This document shows, piece after piece, positions 19,639 through 29,380 of a DNA stretch of 43,139 nt. Both the position numbers and the translations under genes were made by a program. Position 1 is the stretch's first letter, and every line of letters starts with the position of its first letter. This DNA comes from Acidimicrobiia bacterium (GTDB lineage Bacteria; Acidobacteriota; Terriglobia; Versatilivoradales; Versatilivoraceae): NCBI GenBank assembly GCA_016871215.1, contig VFZK01000002.1, forward strand, positions 1 to 43,139, read 5' to 3'. The notes under the pieces were generated by a model, which ran no database searches, was not told where the DNA came from, and saw only the letters and a program-made list of their open reading frames with translations.

Positions 19639-20274
19639 ATGGTTCGAGTCAAGATCTGCGGCATAACGAGCCTGGAGGACGCTCGGGCGGCCATCGAGCT
19701 GGGCGCCGATGCTTTGGGATTCAACTTCTACAAGCGCAGCCCCCGCTACATCGAACCAGCCAAGGCCAAACCGATCATCGAAGCGCTGCCTCCGCTCATC
19801 TCTCTGGTAGGAGTTTTTGCAGACGAGTTCAGCCCCGAGCGCATCCAGAGCATCGCCCACGCGATTGGCCTGGGCACCATTCAGCTTCACGGCTCAGAAA
19901 CACCTGACTACGTGAAGAAGCTCAGCGAGGTCCGCGTCATCAAGGCATTTCGGGTGAGCGAAGGTTTCGATCTGGCCCAATTGACGGCGTTTCCGGTCGG
20001 AGCTTATCTGCTGGATGCGTACGACGCCAAGCAGTTGGGCGGCACTGGCAAGACCTTCAATTGGGACATCGCCGTGCAGGCGAAGCAACAAGGACGGGTG
20101 ATTCTGGCTGGCGGGATTTCTTCTGGCAACGTGGCCGAAGCTATTCTTCAGGTGCAGCCTTACGCCGTCGATGTTTGCAGCGCTGTCGAAAGCAGCACCG
20201 GTACGAAAGACCTTCTCAAGATGGAAGCCCTCTTTCGAGAGGTTCACCGGGCGCGTTCTCTGCTTTCAAGCTGA
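19639..20274 (+). CDS. trpF: Phosphoribosylanthranilate isomerase
   Basis: VRVKICGIT, ADALGFNF, IQLHGSE, LLDAYD...GGTGKTFNW and LAGGI. Confidence 0.9.
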   Translation: MVRVKICGITSLEDARAAIELGADALGFNFYKRSPRYIEPAKAKPIIEALPPLISLVGVFADEFSPERIQSIAHAIGLGTIQLHGSETPDYVKKLSEVRVIKAFRVSEGFDLAQLTAFPVGAYLLDAYDAKQLGGTGKTFNWDIAVQAKQQGRVILAGGISSGNVAEAILQVQPYAVDVCSAVESSTGTKDLLKMEALFREVHRARSLLSS

Positions 20275-20386
20275 GTCTGAAGCCAGACCCTAACATTCCG
20301 GCGCCATGTCGTGGTGTGGGTGACGGCCCAGAACACTGCGTCGGTTGTTCGAATGCCCGACGCCGCGAAACTTCTTTGGGAGGTCT

Positions 20387-21586
<1,200 letters not shown>

Positions 21587-21762
21587 CATGACCTCTTTAG
21601 GACTGGCGCCGGTCCTGCGAGTGGCAGATCGGACTGAGCCTGCGCCGTCGGTGCAGTGGCCGCGCCGATCGCCGCACGCACACCTATTGTGCCACTCTGC
21701 AGGTTTGGCGCCGCACGCTCGAAGCACCTTTGAATCCGCCTGATTGCTCTGTTATTTTCCTC

Positions 21763-22554
21763 ATGAACCGGATCCCAGAAAAATTCGCCCAGCTCAAGCG
21801 GCAAAACCGGAAGGCGTTCATTCCCTACATCACGCTAGGCGATCCCAGCCTCGAGGCATCGTTCGAGATCGTATTAGAGCTCTGCCGGGCCGGTGCTGAC
21901 ATCGTCGAGCTAGGCATCCCCTTCTCCGATCCGCTAGCTGACGGGCCGGTGATCCAGCGAGCGACGGAGCGGGCGTTGCAACGGGGGTTCACTCTGCGGT
22001 CAGGACTGAAGACCGTGGCCAAACTGCGCGAGCACACCGAGGTGCCCTTTCTCCTCTTTAGCTACTACAATCCCTTGTTTGCTTACGGATTCGAGCAGCT
22101 GGCTCAGGACGCCAAGGCCAGTGGCATCGATGGCGTTTTGATCACCGACTTGTCTGTAGAAGAGGCGGCGGCGCCCGTTAGCGTCTTGCAGCATGCCGCT
22201 CTGGACAGCGTGTTTCTGGCAGCTCCAACCAGCACCGACGATCGAATCGAAAAGATAGCTCGCTACTCTTCGGGATTCATCTACGCGGTATCTCGAACCG
22301 GGGTCACTGGCGCGCAGAAATCGATTTCCGACGAAGTCGGACCTCTGGTCGGGCGGATTCGCCGCCATTCTGGCTTGCCGGTGGCGGTGGGATTCGGGAT
22401 TTCGGAACCGTCGCACGTCGCAGCAGTCTGGGAACTCGCCGATGGCGCCGTGGTTGGCAGCGCTCTGGTGCGCTGCATCGAAGAGAACCGGGCGAACCCG
22501 CACCTGGCTCAAAAAGTGGGAGAGTTCACCCGCTGGCTTAGAGGAGGAGTCTAG
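21763..22554 (+). CDS. trpA: Tryptophan synthase alpha chain
   Basis: AFIPYITLGDP, VELGIPFSDPLADGPVIQ, YAVSRTGVTG and VGFGIS. Confidence 0.92.
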   Translation: MNRIPEKFAQLKRQNRKAFIPYITLGDPSLEASFEIVLELCRAGADIVELGIPFSDPLADGPVIQRATERALQRGFTLRSGLKTVAKLREHTEVPFLLFSYYNPLFAYGFEQLAQDAKASGIDGVLITDLSVEEAAAPVSVLQHAALDSVFLAAPTSTDDRIEKIARYSSGFIYAVSRTGVTGAQKSISDEVGPLVGRIRRHSGLPVAVGFGISEPSHVAAVWELADGAVVGSALVRCIEENRANPHLAQKVGEFTRWLRGGV

Positions 22555-22557
22555 CCC

Positions 22558-22833
22558 ATGGATATCGACGACTGGCGAAAGCGGATCGACGAGATCGACA
22601 GCCAGCTGACAGAGCTGTTAAGCGAACGTTCCCGCTGCGTCATCGAAATCGGGAAGATCAAACGGCAGCGGCAACTTCCGGTCTACGACCCACAGCGGGA
22701 GAAAGACATCTTCGAACGCCTTGCGCGCAACAATCGCGGGCCGCTGGAGAACGATGCCTTGAAGCGCCTGTTCGAACGGATCCTCGACGAGTCGCGTCGG
22801 GTGGAGCGAGTGGCTTTGGAGCAGCAACCGTAG
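22558..22833 (+). CDS. Chorismate mutase, stand-alone AroQ class (about 90 aa, all-helical)
   Basis: WRKRIDEIDSQLTELLSERSRCVIEIGKIKR...PVYDPQREKDIFERL matches the AroQ CM_2 pattern. It starts 3 nt after the trpA stop. Confidence 0.85.
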   Translation: MDIDDWRKRIDEIDSQLTELLSERSRCVIEIGKIKRQRQLPVYDPQREKDIFERLARNNRGPLENDALKRLFERILDESRRVERVALEQQP

Positions 22834-23040
22834 CCTGCCCGACTGCGGTTGCCCCGGCGGGTTGTCGAACCTGGCAGCCGCAGGCAAACCGGACAGCGGA
22901 TTCCTCAAAGTTCACGCGCTTCCGGCAGGAAGTCTCTTGCCTGTTTCTTGGCGGTCTTCGCCTGTCGGCGGTTCGCTAATCTCTCCAGCGTCCCGACTTG
23001 GCGCTGGACGCGATCGAATTCGATTCACCAGGGTGATCAC

Positions 23041-24063
23041 ATGGTCGTCGTCATGCAGGAAGGCGCCAGCGAGGCGCAGATTCAACATGTCATGGAAAGG
23101 CTGGTGGCGTTGGGATTCGACATCCACCGCTCAACGGGCGTGAGTCGAACCGTTCTGGGCGTCGTGGGCGGCAAGATCGTCGACACCCGGGAGATCGAGT
23201 TGATCGATGGCGTCGGTGAGGTGGTTCGCATTACGGCCCCTTACAAGCTGGCCAGCCGGCAGTTCAACCCGGAGGGAACGCGGGTTCGGCTGCAGAATGC
23301 CCGCCGGACCGTCACGATCGGCGGAGATCGAGTCGTCGTGATGGCTGGGCCGTGCAGCGTCGAAAGCCAGGAACAGATCGAAACATCCAGCGAGATTGTC
23401 GCTCGGTGCGGAGCCACAATCCTGCGCGGTGGTGCTTTTAAGCCGCGTTCGTCGCCATACAGTTTTCAGGGTATGGGGGCAGAAGGGTTGCTTTGGATGC
23501 GCCAGGCAGCAGACCGCCACGGGTTGTTCGTCGTCAGCGAAGTGATGGACCAGACTCAGATTCCGCTGCTGCTCGATCATGCCGACATTCTACAGGTGGG
23601 CGCCCGCAACATGCAGAACTTCAATCTCCTGCGCGAACTCGGCAAGGTTCGCAAGCCGGTGCTGCTGAAACGAGGCATCGCCGCAACCATTGAAGAGTGG
23701 CTGCTTTCGGCGGAATACGTGCTAGCCGGCGGGAATCATGCCGTCATCTTGTGCGAACGCGGTATTCGAACCTTCGAGAACTACACGCGCAACACCCTCG
23801 ACATTTCCGCAATCCCCGTCGTTAAAAAGCTCTCACATCTCCCCATTGTTGCCGATCCTTCACATGGAACAGGCCGCCGGGACAAGGTTCCTCCAATGGC
23901 GCGAGCCGCAGTCGCTGCTGGCGCGGACGGCTTGTTGGTCGAGGTTCACCCAAACCCGGAAAAAGCTCTCAGTGACGGCGCTCAGACGCTCTTCCCACAT
24001 CAATTCGAGCAATTGATGAAAGAACTGGAGCAGATCGCTCCCGTTTTGGGAAGAACGATCTGA
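23041..24063 (+). CDS. aroF: 3-deoxy-7-phosphoheptulonate (DAHP) synthase, type I-beta, with N-terminal ferredoxin-like/ACT-like regulatory domain
   Basis: N-terminal domain [33 protein letters not shown]. Catalytic motifs are [37 protein letters not shown] and ADPSHGTG. The track ORF start at 22849 adds 64 Arg-rich residues that I consider non-coding. Confidence 0.9.
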   Translation: MVVVMQEGASEAQIQHVMERLVALGFDIHRSTGVSRTVLGVVGGKIVDTREIELIDGVGEVVRITAPYKLASRQFNPEGTRVRLQNARRTVTIGGDRVVVMAGPCSVESQEQIETSSEIVARCGATILRGGAFKPRSSPYSFQGMGAEGLLWMRQAADRHGLFVVSEVMDQTQIPLLLDHADILQVGARNMQNFNLLRELGKVRKPVLLKRGIAATIEEWLLSAEYVLAGGNHAVILCERGIRTFENYTRNTLDISAIPVVKKLSHLPIVADPSHGTGRRDKVPPMARAAVAAGADGLLVEVHPNPEKALSDGAQTLFPHQFEQLMKELEQIAPVLGRTI

Positions 24064-24298
24064 TAAAAGGCCGGCGGACATTCCGATGCTACCCGCTTGT
24101 TGGATTGCCCGCAGTCATTGTCGTTGTTGCTCGGGCTCAGGTGCAGAGCCGCCGGCACGCCTGGGAACCAACCCGTCACATCAGGGTTGCTCCAGCCCCC
24201 TTCGGATGCGAACATCATCGAGAGTGCTGAGGCCCACCGCAACGACGGGTCGCCGGGGCACCAATCATTGAGGGGTCTCCGGGGCGAAACACGAACCT

Positions 24299-24994
24299 AT
24301 GAACAAGGTCATTCCGGATCTAAAGCAGGCGATTGCCGACATTCAGGACGGAGCGACGATCATGATGGGCGGCTTCGGCCCGTGCGGGATCCCCGAGAAC
24401 CTGATCCAGGCGTTATGTGACCAGGGGACACGACAGCTGACGGTAATCAGCAACAACGCAGGTACCGAGGATCTCGGCATCGGGCTCCTTTTGCGCAATC
24501 ACCAAGTGAAGAAGATGATTGTCAGCGATGTTGGACAGAACCGCACCTTCGAAGAACTGGTGCGCCATGGGAAGCTGCAGATCGAATTCTGCCCGCAAGG
24601 AACGCTAGCAGAACGCATCCGTGCGGGCGGAGCAGGGCTCGGAGGGTTCTACACGCCGACCGGCTTCGGTACCATCGCGGCTGAGAACAAGGAGGCACGG
24701 GCCTGGAATGGGCGCCATTATGTCCTCGAACTGCCGCTTCGGGCGCACTTTGCCTTCATCAAGGCCCGCAAGGGAGATCCGTTCGGCAATCTGATGTACC
24801 GGGCGACCGCCCGCAACTTCAACCCGGTGATGGCGACCGCCGCCGACGTGACAATTGCAGAAGTCGAGGAGCTGGTTGAAACAGGCAGTTTGAATCCGGA
24901 CGAAATTCACACGCCGGGAATCTACGTGCGACGAGTGGTGCCGGGCGCGCATAACGCCAAACCACCGAGAGCGGAGCCTGAGGTCCGAAAGTGA
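24299..24994 (+). CDS. 3-oxoacid CoA-transferase subunit A (family I CoA transferase)
   Basis: GATIMMGGFGPCGIPENL, ISNNAG and CPQGTLAERIRAGGAGL. Confidence 0.9.
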   Translation: MNKVIPDLKQAIADIQDGATIMMGGFGPCGIPENLIQALCDQGTRQLTVISNNAGTEDLGIGLLLRNHQVKKMIVSDVGQNRTFEELVRHGKLQIEFCPQGTLAERIRAGGAGLGGFYTPTGFGTIAAENKEARAWNGRHYVLELPLRAHFAFIKARKGDPFGNLMYRATARNFNPVMATAADVTIAEVEELVETGSLNPDEIHTPGIYVRRVVPGAHNAKPPRAEPEVRK

Positions 24995-25650
24995 GCAAGC
25001 ATCAACGCGAACTCATCGCCCGCCGCGCGGCCTGGGAAATCCAGAACGGCTTCTACGTCAACCTCGGCCCCGGCATACCCGCGCTCGCGGCAAGATTTGT
25101 GCCCGAAGGAGTCGAGGCCGTCTTGGTCTCAGAAAGCGGCGTCCAGGGTTTCGGGCCGCTGCACCACGAACACAAGGGAGACCGTGACCTTGTGGACGCA
25201 GCTAATGAGCCCGTTGCCTTGACTCCCGGAGCCAGCCTGTTCTCGAGCGTCGATGCGTACGCCATGATTCGTGGTGGCCATCTCGACCTCTGCATTGTGG
25301 GAGGCTTTCAAGTCGACGAGCGCGGGAATCTGGCCAACTGGATGCTGCCGGGCCGGATGGTGCATGGAATCGGGGGCGTCATGGACCTGGCTTGCGGCGC
25401 CAAGCGAGTGGTGGTGGCCATGGAACATCGAACGCCGGCAAAAAAGCCCAAAATTCTGAGGAACTGCACGCTGCCCTTGACCGGCTTGGGCGTCGTCCAC
25501 CGCGTGATCACGGAGCTGGCGGTCATCGACGTAACACCTCAAGGACTGGTGCTGCGGGAAGTTGCCGCTGAAGTTTCGGTCGACGAAGTGTGCCGGGAGA
25601 CCGAGGCTGGGCTGAGAGTGGATAAGGACCTGAAGATCATTCAGGTGTAG
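24991..25650 (+). CDS. 3-oxoacid CoA-transferase subunit B
   Basis: YVNLGPGIP, the SESG(V) glutamyl active-site box, GGFQVDERGNLANW and GIGGVMDL. It overlaps subunit A by 4 nt. Confidence 0.9.
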   Translation: MSKHQRELIARRAAWEIQNGFYVNLGPGIPALAARFVPEGVEAVLVSESGVQGFGPLHHEHKGDRDLVDAANEPVALTPGASLFSSVDAYAMIRGGHLDLCIVGGFQVDERGNLANWMLPGRMVHGIGGVMDLACGAKRVVVAMEHRTPAKKPKILRNCTLPLTGLGVVHRVITELAVIDVTPQGLVLREVAAEVSVDEVCRETEAGLRVDKDLKIIQV

Positions 25651-25750
25651 CAAGCAGTGACGCTCTGGCGATGCTCTGACTGCCGTTGTCGATCGGCGGG
25701 TTCGGTAGGAGCCAGGCAAGCTTCGGCATGCTGGCTGGGATTCCACAGAT

Positions 25751-27219
25751 TCAGAAGTGCTGAGTAACTTCCACGTACGCGTAGTTAGCGTTTTTGCCTT
25801 CCGGGTAGGTCCCTAGCACGACTCGGTGCCCCAACGCCCGGGCATAATAAAAGGAGAGGGTCGTGCGAAGCGACAGCTGCCAGTCGGCGTTAAGGTCCCA
25901 GAGGGTCGCGAGGGAACGCCCCCGGCGCTGGGTTTGCTGGCGAAGCCGAGTACGTTGTCCTGAAAGGCTCCTCCCCCCTGGTACCAGAGATCGGAACCCC
26001 GGCCAAGCCAAAGCTGGTGCAGCTCGCTTTGAATCGACCATCGTTTGTGCGGTCGAATGGTTAGCTGAGCGAAACCGTCTTCGCTGTTCATCGAGTTGTA
26101 GAACGGAAAGCGAGCATAGATGCGCGGCGTCGGAAGTACTTGAAAGAAAGTGCCGTGCCTGCTGTCCCGAGGGTCACGGTCACCGCTGCTTCGGAAATAA
26201 CCCAATCGAACCCACGGCTTAAGCAAAGGCCAATTCGGCTGATAGCCAGCCTCGAGGGCCACGGCTCCGGCCTGATGGTCGAGTCGGCCCCAACGCCCGG
26301 TCTGCCAGGCACCCCAAGCCAGGAGATCGGCGGCACCCGGACCCAGCTCCAAAGTTCGCAGGTAATGGCCCCCGATGGTCGCAACTTGCAGGCTGGCATT
26401 GTCGGCGCTCCGCAATGGCAGGGGACGATTGTCGGTTTTTAATACGTTTCGGCGATCGTGGTAGTGCAACCCGAAAACGCGGAATTCTCCTTTCGATTCC
26501 TTTTTCGACCCGCGATGAAGTGATCTCGTGTAGGCGCCGTAGTACACGTTGATATTGAGCTGCCCGTTGCCATTCAGCTTGAAGACCCCTTCGGTCGGCC
26601 TTCCAACCAGTAGCATGAGATTATCAGCAGGTGTGTTACGGACAAACTGCAGGGAGTCAAAACTGCGGCCTACGTGGGTGAAGCCGAAGTTGCCGACAAG
26701 GCGGTGAGCGATTCGGCTTCGTTTCAAGGTGGCAAGCACCGCGTTCTTTGGCACGGATTCCATGCCCTCGATGAACTCGATTCTTCCTAGCCGCAGACTA
26801 TTTGCCGGGCTCCCAATCCCCTTGAATCGCACAAACCCCTGTTTCAGGAAGAGGCTGCCGTTCTGACGTCCGTTCGCTGCAAAGTAGTTTGCTCCAAGAC
26901 CTAGCTGGCCTTGAGGCTGGGGCGCGACCGCATCGCTCGGCAAATTCAACAGAAGGGGCGCCGCCCCTTCGGCTTGCCAGTCCCAGCGCGCGTGCTCCTG
27001 GCCAACGGCAACACGCAATAGATTGCCCCAGAAGTTGTAATCGCCGTTGGCCGCCTGGCTTTGGAACCAATCCCACCCTTCCCAACGCACGCGCAAACTT
27101 CCAGACACTGTTAGATCGCCAATCTTGAAAGGCTTCGCTGCCTGCCCCAATACGGTCGAGCTGACGCTCCATAAAATGATCGCCGCCAGGATATGGCGCA
27201 TGGCACGCTGGTCGATCAT
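25751..27219 (-). pseudogene. Outer-membrane porin (alginate-export / AlgE-like beta-barrel family), interrupted by a 1-nt frameshift at a homopolymer
   Basis: Signal peptide MIDQRAMRHILAAIILWSVSSTVLGQAA with AAGGAG upstream, then GSLRVRWEGWDWF and long alternating strands. The last barrel strands and the terminal ...YAYVEVTQHF lie in a different frame (track ORF 25751..26041). The frames swap at C5 25919-25923. Confidence 0.65.
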
Positions 27220-27527
27220 CTGAGCGCTCCTTTCCTCACACACTTCACCCCATGCTTTCGCATGCACTGCTAAGAATCCGCGCCGATTGGAGCAGCTGAA
27301 ATTCCAAATCCGGGAGCCCTCCTAACAAACCATGGCTTCCAGGTCAACGGCTGTTGCTGTGGCGTACGGAACGCCAAGGCCGTTTGCGGCAGCAGCACGT
27401 TCGCAAGGACAGGGAGAGCCCGTTTGCCCAGCCAAATCGCCCAGCTCTGGTTGTTTTGCCGCAGATCCTGGCGGGACCAACTAACCAAGCCACGCCTTTG
27501 AGCTGGAGGCAGGTCAGACCGAGTGAT

Positions 27528-27547
27528 TTCACCCACCGTTGGGTGAA
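27528..27547. promoter_or_regulatory. Perfect 8-4-8 palindrome, candidate enhancer-binding-protein (UAS) or other regulator site
   Basis: TTCACCCA-ccgt-TGGGTGAA lies about 80-100 bp upstream of the sigma-54-like -24/-12 element, in a divergent intergenic region. Confidence 0.3.
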
Positions 27548-27625
27548 TTGGGCAGCCGGGATTCTCCATACCGCTGAGGGAAATCGTTGGACCTTGACAC
27601 TTCAGTGGCTTGCAGTTTTTTTGAA

Positions 27626-27641
27626 TGGCACCGTGGCTGCT
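27626..27641 (+). promoter_or_regulatory. Sigma-54 (RpoN) type -24/-12 promoter candidate
   Basis: TGGCAC-cgtgg-CTGCT compared with the consensus TGGCAC-N5-TTGCW. GG and GC have the correct spacing. It lies 52 nt upstream of ATG 27693, and a T7 tract immediately upstream could aid bending. Confidence 0.5.
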
Positions 27642-27692
27642 TAAAGGCTGGAAGGCATTGACGCCACAGGCAACCACTCAGGGAGGTGGGTC

Positions 27693-28094
27693 ATGAAGAA
27701 ACCGACCCGGGAGGAGATCATCCAACAGCTCAAGTTGGAAAAAAGCATTCTGGAAGATGGAGGTTATGGGCATTCCGTCAGGACACCTCTCAAAGATGAG
27801 ATCTATTTCCGCGACTCCATCAGCTGTCCGAACTATGGAGAGCCCGTCAGGGTTCACCCTTGTTCCGAGTGTTTTCTGATCGAGTTCGTCCATCCGGCTT
27901 ACCTGGACGTCAACCTGCCCTGCCACTTCATCCCATTGAATCCGGCGGGTGACACGATCGATTCACTGGTCCGGTCTGGGGACACCGACAAGCTCGAATC
28001 CTGCCTGCTGGCTTGGCTCGAGTCGACTGTTAAGAACCTCGAAGCGGCTCAGGCCTCGGCGCCAGAGCGCTCAGAGCCCTCAGGTGAAAGGTGA
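27693..28094 (+). CDS. Hypothetical small Cys-containing protein (133 aa)
   Basis: Strong RBS (GGGAGGTGGG). Contains SCPNYGEPVRVHPCSECF...LPCHF (C-x11-C-x2-C-x17-C by my count). The stop TGA is immediately followed by the ATG of the next gene. I cannot name a family. Confidence 0.6.
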   Translation: MKKPTREEIIQQLKLEKSILEDGGYGHSVRTPLKDEIYFRDSISCPNYGEPVRVHPCSECFLIEFVHPAYLDVNLPCHFIPLNPAGDTIDSLVRSGDTDKLESCLLAWLESTVKNLEAAQASAPERSEPSGER

Positions 28095-29258
28095 ATGCCA
28101 CTGGATGCTTTTGGAGAGGAATCAGTGGAGCGGATGCTTAACGCCCAGCGCATCATTTATCGACGGCCGCCTGATCCTGAGCTGGCCCCGGCGAGAGGCA
28201 AGGCGCCAAACACTCCAGAGGCGATACACCTGGGAATGGAGAGAAAGAGCCGCTACCGCGGACGGCAAGGCCCTGACACCTCGCAGCGCTTTCGGCGGGC
28301 AAGCCAAATCCTCTTCCTGCTGTTAAACGTCTGGATCGGCTGGGAATTCTACTTCTTCGTTCGTTACTATGAAACGCAGGGCCAGACCGCATTCGTAGCT
28401 CGCCCTGCCGGCGTGGAAGGCTGGCTGCCCATCGCCGCGCTCATGAATCTGAAGTATTTCCTCCTGACAGGCTTGATTCCGAAGATCCACGCCGCAACCC
28501 TGTTTCTGCTCGTCGCATTCCTGGCCATCTCCTGGCTGTGGACCAAATCGTTCTGCAGCTGGCTATGCCCGATTGGCACCCTTTCGGAAGCTCTCTGGAA
28601 GCTGGGCAGAAGGGTCTTCAAAGGGAACCTTCGCCTGCCTCGCTGGGTCGATATCCCCCTGCGCAGCCTGAAATACTTGCTGTTGGCTTTCTTTCTGTAC
28701 GCCGTCGGCACGATGTCGGCAGCGGCCATCGCTGCCTTCTTGGAAAGCCCTTACGGGCTGGTGGCTGATGTGAAGATGCTGAACTTCTTTCGGTTTCTAA
28801 GTGGAACGGCGCCGCTTGTGATTAGCCTTCTCGTCCTGCTTTCTGTGGCAATCCAGAATTTCTGGTGCCGTTACCTCTGCCCTTACGGCGCGCTGATGGG
28901 GTTAGCAGCGCTTTCGGGCCCGGCCAAGATTACGCGGCAGCCGCAGCGGTGCATCGACTGCTCTAGGTGCGCGAAGGCTTGCCCGTCTTGGCTCCCCGTC
29001 GACAAACGCGAGGCCGTTCTTTCAGCGGAGTGCACCAGCTGCCTCGAATGCGTTGCCGCTTGCCCGGCGGCGGGAGCTCTTCAGATGTCAGTGGGCAGGC
29101 AGACGATCGTTCCGGCTTGGGCGATCGGCCTCGGGATTGCGGTCGTCTTCCTGGGCGTTGTGGGATACGCCAAGATAGCAGGTTACTGGGACACCGAACT
29201 GCCAGAGTCCATCTATTTCCGACTCATTCCGCAAGCCCAGGATTTGGGCCACCCCTGA
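28095..29258 (+). CDS. Membrane-bound 4Fe-4S polyferredoxin (NapH/MauN/YccM-like)
   Basis: Several TM helices. Two CxxCP-type membrane boxes (FCSWLCPIGT, FWCRYLCPYGA) plus two ferredoxin boxes (CIDCSRCAKACP, CTSCLECVAACP). Confidence 0.8.
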   Translation: MPLDAFGEESVERMLNAQRIIYRRPPDPELAPARGKAPNTPEAIHLGMERKSRYRGRQGPDTSQRFRRASQILFLLLNVWIGWEFYFFVRYYETQGQTAFVARPAGVEGWLPIAALMNLKYFLLTGLIPKIHAATLFLLVAFLAISWLWTKSFCSWLCPIGTLSEALWKLGRRVFKGNLRLPRWVDIPLRSLKYLLLAFFLYAVGTMSAAAIAAFLESPYGLVADVKMLNFFRFLSGTAPLVISLLVLLSVAIQNFWCRYLCPYGALMGLAALSGPAKITRQPQRCIDCSRCAKACPSWLPVDKREAVLSAECTSCLECVAACPAAGALQMSVGRQTIVPAWAIGLGIAVVFLGVVGYAKIAGYWDTELPESIYFRLIPQAQDLGHP

Positions 29259-29279
29259 CGTCCCGCTGCTCTGGACGTC
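29257..29279. terminator. Hairpin between convergent genes (candidate terminator)
   Basis: GACGTCC-cgctgctct-GGACGTC overlaps the polyferredoxin stop codon. There is no U-tract. Confidence 0.25.
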
Positions 29280-29380
29280 TAGGCCAAACCTCCCAAGCTT
29301 TTGCATTTCAAATCCGCCCATCTTGACTGGATTCATGACCTTTTCGGTGCGCCAGCTAAAGCCATCTTCGCGGGTAGGAT

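Noticed and set aside
22849-23040. 64-codon N-terminal extension of the DAHP synthase ORF
   Set aside because: It is Arg/Ser-rich with no homology features, whereas the regulatory domain of this family starts with MVVVM…. It remains possible that the frame is open for a reason; see the finding on aroQ/aroF.
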